Source: a virus. From it: a DNA stretch of 64,000 bases. Under the pieces are notes generated by a model that was given only the letters and a program-made list of their open reading frames with translations, was not told the DNA's origin and made no database searches. The DNA lies in IMG/VR virus record IMGVR_UViG_3300047554_000447, positions 22,349 to 86,348 of that record; one strand, written 5' to 3'. A program made the position numbers and the translations under genes. Below, piece after piece: positions 55,654 to 63,966 of the stretch (the first letter of the stretch is position 1; every line of letters starts with the position of its first letter).

Positions 55654-56278
55654 GAATACAACTAGATTATTTTTCAACCAATACAAGTATAAAATTGTAT
55701 TGGTTTGTGCGGCGGCGCATTTCTTTAGAGGAAATAATCTAGAGTATGCTAAAGAACGAGTTGACTTTCTTAAAGCAACTAATACTGTGCCTTCTGGGTG
55801 GAACAAAAAGGTTCTTAATAAAGAAGAAATTGACTTTGCAGAATCTCTGATTAAAAACTTTTCTAACATGTCTGATTATTCTGTAAGGGTAGAATCTCCA
55901 TTGTTGAGTTTTTATACTAACTCTGATAAGGATGCTGAACTAGTTTTAAAATTAGATACTAGTAAAGTCAAATATTTTAGCTATCCAGAATCCGTTGAAA
56001 CAGAGACTAATCTAGGAACTAACAAAGTTCTAACTAAAAAGATAGATTTTGATTACAAAATTACTATGGGCAGGACTCGTGATAGTTTTATAAGTTTCCT
56101 AGACTGGTGTGAAAATAATCCTAAGATACGCATGCCTAAACGTGCGAAACGAGATTTAGAAAGAAGTCACAGCTGGGGTGGTTCTTATTTCTACGTAAAA
56201 GACGCTAAAACGCTAACTTTAGTAAAGTTATTCGTAGGTAGTTACATAAACAAAGTAGAAAACGTAGTAAAAATCTAA
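55625..56278 (+). CDS. hypothetical protein
   Basis: LFF..YKYKI pattern; overlaps the clpA end. Confidence 0.7.
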   Translation: MKIPKSVKTKNTTRLFFNQYKYKIVLVCAAAHFFRGNNLEYAKERVDFLKATNTVPSGWNKKVLNKEEIDFAESLIKNFSNMSDYSVRVESPLLSFYTNSDKDAELVLKLDTSKVKYFSYPESVETETNLGTNKVLTKKIDFDYKITMGRTRDSFISFLDWCENNPKIRMPKRAKRDLERSHSWGGSYFYVKDAKTLTLVKLFVGSYINKVENVVKI

Positions 56279-56290
56279 AAATACAAAGAC

Positions 56291-56346
56291 TCTTAGCTGA
56301 TCCCTCTTACGATAAATATTGTAAGAGGGATTTCTTATGACTAAGA
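56291..56346 (+). promoter_or_regulatory. late promoter (TAAATA 56313-56318) in the loop of an SD-occluding hairpin
   Basis: ATCCCTCTTACGAT/ATTGTAAGAGGGAT stem, outer TCTTAG/CTAAGA. Confidence 0.8.
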
Positions 56347-56786
56347 CACTTTTAGAGTACATTGAAGAAGTTGAACTAGCTGGAGACGAAAGCGATATTT
56401 CAGCAGGTGACGGCTTTGACATTGAAATCAGCGAAGATGCTGTTATTGAAACTACTGTTATCGACTCATGGGATGACAGCATTCTTATCAGTCTAGATTC
56501 TACAGCGATCGCTATGCTGTCAGAAGCTAACATCGAACTTATCACCGAAGCAGAATATCAGGGCAGAAAAGTACCGTTAGGTAAGCCTATGAAGGGTGAT
56601 GTTAAAAAATCTAAGGTTTATGTAAAAGGCCCTAAAGGTAATGTAGTCAAAGTTAACTTTGGCGACAAAAAGTTGAGCATTAAAAAGCATATTCCAGGAA
56701 GACGTAAAAATTTCCGGGCTCGTCATAATTGCGATAATCCAGGTCCACGCTGGAAAGCAAGATACTGGTCTTGTAGGGCATGGTGA
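56337..56786 (+). CDS. putative internal head protein (acidic N-half, basic C-domain after ITE|A)
   Basis: MTKTLLEYIEE N-terminus; ITEAEYQGRKV...RARHNC...ARYWSCRAW. Confidence 0.65.
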   Translation: MTKTLLEYIEEVELAGDESDISAGDGFDIEISEDAVIETTVIDSWDDSILISLDSTAIAMLSEANIELITEAEYQGRKVPLGKPMKGDVKKSKVYVKGPKGNVVKVNFGDKKLSIKKHIPGRRKNFRARHNCDNPGPRWKARYWSCRAW

Positions 56787-56787
56787 T

Positions 56788-57123
56788 ATGAAAGTATTTG
56801 AAATCTTTAGTCAAAATATAGAAGATAAAAAGATCGACTTTGATCTTGCGGATGACGTTATCTATTTCATGAACAACGATCCGGAATTCTATAGAAAAGA
56901 ATATTTTCCATTTCTAACTAAATTCCAGCATCATTGCGATGCTGGCCGCCAGGTAACTCCAAAAGCATTTTTCCCAGTAGTTAAACGAGCAGTCGAAAAT
57001 TACAAATTAAAGTTTCCAATGAATGAACTTGAAGAAGCATTAAACGATGGACAAATTACAGAAATCTGTGAAAAACTACAAACACAAGAGCTAGCTAATT
57101 ACCACAATCAAAAAGAGAAATGA
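56788..57123 (+). CDS. hypothetical (putative internal head) protein
   Basis: MKVFEIF N-terminus. Confidence 0.65.
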   Translation: MKVFEIFSQNIEDKKIDFDLADDVIYFMNNDPEFYRKEYFPFLTKFQHHCDAGRQVTPKAFFPVVKRAVENYKLKFPMNELEEALNDGQITEICEKLQTQELANYHNQKEK

Positions 57124-57124
57124 T

Positions 57125-58423
57125 ATGTTATTAAGAGAAATGTTTGAAGATAAAGGCCAAAGTGTTGGTTTAATATTTGGTCGTTTTAATCCTCCGCATC
57201 GTGGACACAGAGCCGCTTGGGAATTAGCTAGCGAAAATGAGCATTGGTTTGTTGGCACTAACGAAAGCACACAAGGTCCTAAAGACCCACTACCATTTAA
57301 AATAAAAGTAGAAGCTATGAAAACAATCTGGCCTGATGTAGACGGTCATATCGTAGCTGATACTAGTTGGTTAACTCTTGCCAGTAAGATTTACAAAAAG
57401 TTTGGCGATGTGACTCTAAATGTCTATACTGACGAAGATTGGGTTACAAAAACTATTCAACAGTATAACGGCAAAGAAGGTCCACACGGAGTTTATAAAT
57501 TTTCAAAAATTAATCAAGTTCCTACTCCTAGACTAAGTTCTGCTACTGCTCTAAGAGCGGCTGTACAGTCTGGAGATAGAGAAGCATTTTCAAGAGCCGC
57601 AGGCGTTCCTGCAGATACAGAAGTTGCTGGACAACCATTCTTTGATCTGGTTGCAGAATATCTGTTACCTTATGCCGAAAAAGAAAAAGCCAAAGCTGAA
57701 AAGAAAAAGAAAAAAGAACCGGTAGCAACAGAAGGCGTTATCAATATGATGGAGTTAGCTAAGAAAGCTAAATCTATGCTAAACAATGGTATGTCTGAAC
57801 AGCAAGTTCAATCGGAACTTGTTAAAAGTGGCGTTCCTTCTAGACTTGCCGCACAAGCTGTTCAAATGGCACAGATGCAAGAGACTGTAGCTTTAGAAGC
57901 ACCTATCGAAATGGATCCAGCTGATCCAATGGATCCAATGATCTACGGACACGAAAAAGCTAATCCAGGAAAACTAAAATATCGAATGATGCGAGCCGAA
58001 CGTCAATTGTCTGATCTTGCTGATCGCGCTAAGAATGCCAGTCCAGCAGAATGGCAACTTATCAGCAGACAGTTCAGCGAACTAGCGATGAACATTAATC
58101 AAATTAAACACGGCCTAGAAGAGTTAGCTAAAGTAAGACGCAAAGGCGGAGTTCGTAGTCGAGGTATAGATACAATGATTGATAGCGTAAGCGAACGAGT
58201 AAGAGATCCGGAAGATTGGGATGAAGGCAATACTGAGCCTCCCAATAATTTTGCTGTTTATATCAATGGTAAGAAGTGGAAAGTATTTCCAGGCAGAGGC
58301 CGTTATGCCGATGACGAAAGAGAAAGAAAACAGTATTATGATCTTAGAGCATGGGCTCAACGTAAATCCGAAGCCACTGGTAAAAAGTGGACTGTTTCTA
58401 TTACCGGTGAATCACCAACTTAA
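57125..58423 (+). CDS. HxGH nucleotidyltransferase-domain multi-module protein
   Basis: MLLREMFE, FGRFNPPHRGH, K.PL, SSAT.LR; further modules after ATE|G, LE|A, SE|R. Confidence 0.7.
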   Translation: MLLREMFEDKGQSVGLIFGRFNPPHRGHRAAWELASENEHWFVGTNESTQGPKDPLPFKIKVEAMKTIWPDVDGHIVADTSWLTLASKIYKKFGDVTLNVYTDEDWVTKTIQQYNGKEGPHGVYKFSKINQVPTPRLSSATALRAAVQSGDREAFSRAAGVPADTEVAGQPFFDLVAEYLLPYAEKEKAKAEKKKKKEPVATEGVINMMELAKKAKSMLNNGMSEQQVQSELVKSGVPSRLAAQAVQMAQMQETVALEAPIEMDPADPMDPMIYGHEKANPGKLKYRMMRAERQLSDLADRAKNASPAEWQLISRQFSELAMNINQIKHGLEELAKVRRKGGVRSRGIDTMIDSVSERVRDPEDWDEGNTEPPNNFAVYINGKKWKVFPGRGRYADDERERKQYYDLRAWAQRKSEATGKKWTVSITGESPT

Positions 58424-58425
58424 TT

Positions 58426-58641
58426 ATGGAACTGAACGAATTAAAACGCCTAGCTGGCATAAACGAATTCAAAGGGTACATAAAGTACGACCCTGTTGAT
58501 CCTATGGGCGGTAGTAATGTTAGTCTTACCGGCAACGAGAAAGGCGAACTAATGAAAAAACATAATATTAAACCAGGTACCCCCGATTGGTTTAAGTTAT
58601 GGTTTAGCTTGCCTTTTATGACAGGGGAAAAACCTGTATGA
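58426..58641 (+). CDS. hypothetical (putative internal head) protein
   Basis: MELNELKRLAGINE; IKPGT..WF.LWF. Confidence 0.7.
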   Translation: MELNELKRLAGINEFKGYIKYDPVDPMGGSNVSLTGNEKGELMKKHNIKPGTPDWFKLWFSLPFMTGEKPV

Positions 58642-59072
58642 AAATTATAGAAATAATTTCAGAGAGCGTTGAACTCGATGAAAGAAAAAAGAAAAAACGT
58701 AAAAAAGTAAAGTCTGCGGCCTATGGTCCAGGACCTTACGGTATGTACGGAACTGCTGTAGGTTACAGCGGAGAAGGTGGTGATGGTGGCGGAGTTGGCG
58801 AGGGATTAGAAGAACATAAGAAAGGTGTTCGTGCAAGAATCTATAATAAAAAACCAAAGGCATATATCGAACCACCGAAAACTCCAAAAGTTGAAGAAAA
58901 CTTTGCGGATGGAAAAAATCCGCAGGATAAAGGTGACAGTAAGCGTCACGGAATACCAAAGGGTGCTAGTATATCACAGCTTAAAAAGATAAGAAGCAGT
59001 GACTCTGCCAGTCCACGCAAGAAACAGCTTGCACACTGGCAAATTAACATGAGACAAGGAAAACAAAAATGA
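58638..59072 (+). CDS. modular basic hypothetical (putative internal head) protein
   Basis: MKIIEIISE; modules separated by LDE, LEE, VEE. Confidence 0.65.
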   Translation: MKIIEIISESVELDERKKKKRKKVKSAAYGPGPYGMYGTAVGYSGEGGDGGGVGEGLEEHKKGVRARIYNKKPKAYIEPPKTPKVEENFADGKNPQDKGDSKRHGIPKGASISQLKKIRSSDSASPRKKQLAHWQINMRQGKQK

Positions 59073-59701
59073 GCTTTGAATTTGATTTCACTTTAGACAA
59101 ATTAACAGAATGTGTTCATAAGAACAAAGAACCAGAACTATGGTACAACGCTCTTTGTGAGTATCTACCACAGTTTCAAATTACGACTCCTGCTAGAGTA
59201 GCAGGATTTATCGCACAATGCCAACACGAAAGTTTAGATTTTACATTCCTACAAGAAAATTTAAATTATAGTGCCAAAGGCTTAATGGGAATTTTTAAAA
59301 AGTATTTCCCTACAGAGGATATAGCTAATGCTTATGCTCGTAAACCTCAAATGATTGCTAATCGTGTTTATTCGAGTCGTATGGGCAACGGAGACGAAGC
59401 CAGCGGCGACGGTTGGAGATTTAGAGGCAGAGGCATTCTTCAAATCACAGGAAGATCAAATTATACACAGTGTTCGAGAGATCTATTTCAAGATGATACA
59501 CTTGTAAACGATCCTGATCTGCTAAGAACACCAGAATACGCTGTATTAACAGCCTGTTGGTTCTGGCACAAGAACGGATTAAATCAGATCTGTGACAAGG
59601 GCGATATTGTATTATTAAGTAAACGCATCAACGGCGGTACTATCGGTTTAGAAGATCGTATTGCACATTGGAACATTGCCCTGGACTTATTTGAGGCTTA
59701 A
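59069..59701 (+). CDS. GH19 chitinase-like endolysin
   Basis: FIAQ..HES, ENLNYS, FRGRG.LQITG..NY, RINGG..GL.DR. Confidence 0.92.
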   Translation: MSFEFDFTLDKLTECVHKNKEPELWYNALCEYLPQFQITTPARVAGFIAQCQHESLDFTFLQENLNYSAKGLMGIFKKYFPTEDIANAYARKPQMIANRVYSSRMGNGDEASGDGWRFRGRGILQITGRSNYTQCSRDLFQDDTLVNDPDLLRTPEYAVLTACWFWHKNGLNQICDKGDIVLLSKRINGGTIGLEDRIAHWNIALDLFEA

Positions 59702-59702
59702 G

Positions 59703-59960
59703 ATGCTGATAAAAGAAATCGTTACAGAAACTGCAACTCCTGGATCTACAAGTGCAGGTAATATTGCGACTGTAGTCAGTCCTCATATTGCTATAGGTAA
59801 GGATAGAGGTAATAAAAGCTACACAGGCAGTCCAGGAAAATCAGGTACTAAAGCACCTCGAGTTCCCAAGGTTAAACAGGCTAAAAACGCAGACGGAACT
59901 GCTAAGAACGCACTAGATATGGATAAAAACATTTTCGGTGAAGGCGCTTTAAAACGATAA
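59703..59960 (+). CDS. hypothetical (putative internal head) protein
   Basis: ATG 59703, MLIKEIVTE|TAT.GSTSAGNIA. Confidence 0.65.
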   Translation: MLIKEIVTETATPGSTSAGNIATVVSPHIAIGKDRGNKSYTGSPGKSGTKAPRVPKVKQAKNADGTAKNALDMDKNIFGEGALKR

Positions 59961-59986
59961 ATACAACGATATTGGAGAATTCCCAA

Positions 59987-61132
59987 ATGCACGACGACTT
60001 AATGAACAGACCAGAAAATCACGAAGCCGCAATGGCCCGTGCCGACCTTTACAAACTAGCAAACTACAGCATGAAGCTGTTTAAAATGATCCACGAAGGA
60101 CAAGAGCTAGAAGGTTGGGTACAAGCTAAAATTACTAAATCAGCAGATTACATCGCATCTGTTTATCATTTCATGGAATATGAAATGAAAGTTTCAGAGT
60201 ACGGTGAAAAATTAGAAAATGCAGATGTTTACTCAGAGTCTGTTCGTAGGGCGTTTGCACAAAAATTAACCGAAGCCAAACAAAAAATGGCTAAGATGAA
60301 AAAGAAGAACGAAAAAGATGTCACTGAAGAACTTAAAAATGTTGGAGATACTGCTAAGACACACAAAGGCGGTACTGTAACTAAGACATCAACTGGTGTC
60401 AAGCACGAAAGAGATCCTGACAGTTACGACGACGGTGGTGATGATAGCGATGAAAAATCAGGCAAAGGCAAGAAGAGCCATGCTAAATCTCAGTCAGCCG
60501 CTGAAAAGAAAGCCAAGGCTCCTGCACAGAAAAAATCTAAGTCAGGTACTTGGGGTATGGAAGGTGGCGAAAAGTTTGACAACAGAAAAGTAAAAGAAGC
60601 TACAATGGTTCCATCTCCGGCAGATGGCGCAACTGCTCCTCCACCAAAAGGCAAGGATGGCAAATATCCATTCGTAGTTTCTGGACCGCACAAAGGCAAG
60701 CGTTGGAGTCCACAAACTCCAGGCCCAACAAACCCTGCATTTAAAGAATCTAGTCATCAAGAAAAGACTACAATGAAGCACGTTAAGAATCCTACAGCAG
60801 GTGAAAAGAAAGCCGCTAAGGATATCAAGCCAGGTATTGCAGGTTATAAAGATCGTGTCGACATGTTAAAGAGTGCTGAAAAAGACGGTCGTTTAAAAGA
60901 AGGTTCTAAACCAGACTTCTTAGACATGGACAAAGACGGCAACAAGAAAGAGCCAATGAAGAAAGCTCTTAAAGATAAAAAAGTTAAAGAATCATCTAAG
61001 CTAGATGTAGATAAAAACGATCCCAACTTAGATGTAAAGAAGACAGGTTCAGATACTCAAGTAACTTCTAAAACAGGTAGAGTTAGAACTTCAGTAGAAA
61101 AAGATAAAATGAGCGTAACTTCTGCGAAATAA
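59987..61132 (+). CDS. Lys-rich modular hypothetical (putative internal head polyprotein)
   Basis: TAAATA 59958-59963, GGAG SD, ATG 59987; LEGWVQ.KIT...DYI domain, then modules after LTE, VTE, VKE, FKE, LKE, VKE. Confidence 0.7.
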   Translation: MHDDLMNRPENHEAAMARADLYKLANYSMKLFKMIHEGQELEGWVQAKITKSADYIASVYHFMEYEMKVSEYGEKLENADVYSESVRRAFAQKLTEAKQKMAKMKKKNEKDVTEELKNVGDTAKTHKGGTVTKTSTGVKHERDPDSYDDGGDDSDEKSGKGKKSHAKSQSAAEKKAKAPAQKKSKSGTWGMEGGEKFDNRKVKEATMVPSPADGATAPPPKGKDGKYPFVVSGPHKGKRWSPQTPGPTNPAFKESSHQEKTTMKHVKNPTAGEKKAAKDIKPGIAGYKDRVDMLKSAEKDGRLKEGSKPDFLDMDKDGNKKEPMKKALKDKKVKESSKLDVDKNDPNLDVKKTGSDTQVTSKTGRVRTSVEKDKMSVTSAK

Positions 61133-61134
61133 TT

Positions 61135-61938
61135 ATGGACATGAAAAAAATTCTACAGGCTTTTGATGGTGCGTCTTCATCTAAGACGCCCGAAGGCTCT
61201 AATGACATGAAAAAATTCATGCAGATTGTAGAGGGCACGGGCCCTCTTAATCGTTTAACTGCCGCAGAATCAATGGCTGTACAACATTTTCAGCAAGAAA
61301 AAACAATTACACCTCCTGTATTGAATGTTGCTAAAGATGCTAAACCCAGCATGGTTGGCAAATATTTCAAAGCTATTGAACAAGAACTAGCAGAAGCTGA
61401 GCAACGATTTAATGATCAAAAATCCGTTCGTGCTAAAAAATTAGCAGAACGTGTTATTGAACGTGTAGTACCCGGACAAGAAACACCTCCAGGTATTAAT
61501 AGATTAACCGGTAAACCAATTGAGCCACAAGCACCAGCACAACCAGCACCTGCACCTGCTGCCGGTCCTAGAGGTAGCAATTTAAAATATAGTGTGCTTA
61601 AACAATTACAAGCTGGAACTTACAAAGGATTCGCTCCTAGATTAAGTCCAGAGGAATTAGATGCGGCTATCCAATGGAAAGAAGCCAACGGAGAAACTAA
61701 CGAAAGTATTAACGAAGCTGATGCTATTGATACAGTAAAGTTAGATGTTCCTTTATTATTAAGAGTAATGGAATATGCTAAAGAAGATGCTCAGGACGAT
61801 ATGGCTCTCCATGATGTTGCACAAAAATTAATTGAATTGAGTAAAGAGAACGATGTATTAACTATGGATCACTATGATGCTATAGTCGGCGATCAAGAAT
61901 TATTACCAGCACCAGATGCTGACAAGGACACACCTTAG
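61135..61938 (+). CDS. modular hypothetical (putative internal head) protein
   Basis: MDMKKIL; C-terminal D.VKLDVPLLLR.MEYAKEDA..DM.LH module after INE|A. Confidence 0.7.
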   Translation: MDMKKILQAFDGASSSKTPEGSNDMKKFMQIVEGTGPLNRLTAAESMAVQHFQQEKTITPPVLNVAKDAKPSMVGKYFKAIEQELAEAEQRFNDQKSVRAKKLAERVIERVVPGQETPPGINRLTGKPIEPQAPAQPAPAPAAGPRGSNLKYSVLKQLQAGTYKGFAPRLSPEELDAAIQWKEANGETNESINEADAIDTVKLDVPLLLRVMEYAKEDAQDDMALHDVAQKLIELSKENDVLTMDHYDAIVGDQELLPAPDADKDTP

Positions 61939-62022
61939 GACCGGTATTAAGTTACCGAAAGTGTGCGCCGGCTGCTGGCGCGAAGAAAACGATTCGCTAC
62001 CGTAGACTTCGAAAGTGAGCAC
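61929..62022 (+). ncRNA. candidate structured RNA (three stems plus pseudoknot)
   Basis: CACAC/GTGTG + CGGTA/TACCG; GCGCCG/TGGCGC; CGAAG/CTTCG + ACG/CGT; loop TTCGCT complementary to AGTGAG. Confidence 0.6.
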
Positions 62023-62042
62023 GAATTTCGGGGAAGAAAAAC

Positions 62043-62942
62043 ATGGACTTAAAATCATTAATGCAAAAGTTAGAAACACTAGATAAAAAACAAGTTCTAA
62101 CTGAATCAGTACAAGAGCAAACTGAGATGATCAACGAAACTGTTTCAACAGAAACAAAAAAAGTTACCTCAGTTGAAGAAACATTTAGTAGTGCTATTGC
62201 ACAGGCTTTATTAAAAGAATTTGGTTACAGTAACGACGAAGTTACAGAAGCAGATGATTTTAAGTTTAGTCCAGAACAAGAAAAATGGTTAGGTGGTGCT
62301 AATCGCCAAGACCCTTACATTATTGCAAGAATGCCCGGTCCTAAGCCTCCATTAACATATTTTAAAGATCCCGAAGATCAAGCTATTGCCAAACAAATGA
62401 ATATTGGCCAAGGTAACATGAACGCTATCAAAGGCGCTCTAGGAATGCAAAAAGGTGATGATCAAGTATATTCTGATCCAACTACTGCTAAACCAGCTAG
62501 CGGTCAAGCCGCACAGCCAGCTACCCCACAAGCAACTGATCAACGTGTAAATCCAGATAGTCAGCAAGGTCAAATGTTAGCAAAGCAGACTATGGGCATG
62601 GATGAGCCACAATCGGGTGTAGCAGGTGTCCAAGGTGGTAGCGAACAAGATCGTCAACTTGCCGCACAGACAGCAGGTATGGATGCTCCAGAAAAAGGAC
62701 AAGCCGCACAGCCAGCAACACCAGCAGATCAAGGAACTATTGATCCAGCTAAGGTAGCAAGATTTAAAGCATTACTAGCTAAAGCTAGCGGAGGACAGGC
62801 CGCACAACCGGCAGCTGGTGGTAAAGGTGTTACACCCCCTACTAAACCGGCAGCTCCTGGAATGGGAGGCGGTACAGGCATAACTCCTAATGCAAACACT
62901 ACAGTTACTGGTGCTCCAATAAATCCGCAAGCTAGAAAATAA
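62043..62942 (+). CDS. Gln/Ala/Pro-rich hypothetical (putative internal head) protein
   Basis: MDLKSLMQKLE; VTE|A; GQAAQPA repeats. Confidence 0.7.
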   Translation: MDLKSLMQKLETLDKKQVLTESVQEQTEMINETVSTETKKVTSVEETFSSAIAQALLKEFGYSNDEVTEADDFKFSPEQEKWLGGANRQDPYIIARMPGPKPPLTYFKDPEDQAIAKQMNIGQGNMNAIKGALGMQKGDDQVYSDPTTAKPASGQAAQPATPQATDQRVNPDSQQGQMLAKQTMGMDEPQSGVAGVQGGSEQDRQLAAQTAGMDAPEKGQAAQPATPADQGTIDPAKVARFKALLAKASGGQAAQPAAGGKGVTPPTKPAAPGMGGGTGITPNANTTVTGAPINPQARK

Positions 62943-62951
62943 GGAAAAATC

Positions 62952-63938
62952 ATGAAAGATATTATTTTAGAATCATTAAACAAAATTCGAGAAATTGAAT
63001 CTCGTCAGATTATTTCCGAAGCACTAACCCCCGAAGAACAAAAAGAATTAGATGCTCTAGCAAAAGAACTAGAACCACACATGGGTCGTTCTCCTGAAGT
63101 TGATGCGCTATTGTTACAACATCAAAAAGTAGCCAGTGGCGGCCAGGCTGCACAACCAGCTAAAGCAGGAACTCCTGCAATGGATCCCGAAAAGCTAAAA
63201 GCATATCAAACAAAATTAGGTGTCACAGCCGATGGTAAAATGGGTCCTGAAACTAAGGCCGCTATTCAAAAGTTCCAAAAAGACAACGGACTAGCAGTCG
63301 ACGGAATCATCGGACCACAAACTAGCGCGGCTTTAGATAAGCAACCGGCAGCTGGTCAAGCCGCACAGCCAGCCGCTGGTGCAAAAGGTCCAGATGCAAT
63401 TCCAGCAACTGCTGACAAGAAAAAGCCTTATTGGGTAGGCGGTACACGTTACGAGTGGAAAACAACAGGCGGGGGTCGTGGACAACCTGCTACTGGTAGC
63501 TGGCAAGTTACTGCAACGCCAGATGATAAGCTTCAGTGGAACGCTACTAGGGCGAGATCGTCTAGTGGATTTACAGGAGCAGATGACGAGTTTCAAGGTA
63601 CTCAAACAGCAAAAGCACCTGCCGCTCAACCAGCAGGTCAAACCGCTCAACCAGCAGGTCAAGCCGCACAACCAGCTCAGAGCGCACCAGCAGGAACTAA
63701 GACAACTTCCAGCACTCAAGTATCTGGTACATTGAAAATGGGTAAACCGGAAGGGCCAATCCAGTATAACGGAAAAACTGTAAATCCTGGAGATCCAGAT
63801 TATGCGGCCGCAAGTCAAGCATTAATTCAATCTCAACAGAAAGCACAGCAGTCTAGGAGCGATTGGAAATCTAAATCTACTGCATCAACGGCGCCAGTAC
63901 AACAAGGCGCTACAAACGCAGATAGAAGAGATATGTAA
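62952..63938 (+). CDS. peptidoglycan-binding (PG_binding_1) domain protein
   Basis: Q.KLG...DG.MGPET.AAI..FQ..NGL.VDGIIGPQT; GQAAQPA repeats; AAGGA SD. Confidence 0.8.
   Translation: MKDIILESLNKIREIESRQIISEALTPEEQKELDALAKELEPHMGRSPEVDALLLQHQKVASGGQAAQPAKAGTPAMDPEKLKAYQTKLGVTADGKMGPETKAAIQKFQKDNGLAVDGIIGPQTSAALDKQPAAGQAAQPAAGAKGPDAIPATADKKKPYWVGGTRYEWKTTGGGRGQPATGSWQVTATPDDKLQWNATRARSSSGFTGADDEFQGTQTAKAPAAQPAGQTAQPAGQAAQPAQSAPAGTKTTSSTQVSGTLKMGKPEGPIQYNGKTVNPGDPDYAAASQALIQSQQKAQQSRSDWKSKSTASTAPVQQGATNADRRDM
63622..63676 (+). repeat. 21-bp coding tandem repeat (AQPAGQ(T/A))
   Basis: CCGCTCAACCAGCAGGTCAA(A/G) repeated about 2.6 times. Confidence 0.75.
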
Positions 63939-63940
63939 AG

Positions 63941-63966
63941 AAAAACCACCCTAGGGTGGTTTTTTT
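63941..63966. terminator. bidirectional intrinsic terminator
   Basis: AAAAACCACC-CTAG-GGTGGTTTTTTT. Confidence 0.88.

Noticed and set aside
61936-62042. UAG read-through, recoding or gene-60-like bypass fusing the 61135 and 62043 ORFs
   Set aside because: An in-frame TAA follows at 61948-50, the downstream frame has TGA at 62016-18, and no matching CCT landing codon is present.
61939-62042. tRNA, tmRNA or hammerhead ribozyme in the GC-rich gap
   Set aside because: There is no TTCRA T-loop with acceptor stem/CCA and no CUGAnGA hammerhead core; it is kept as an unknown structured RNA.
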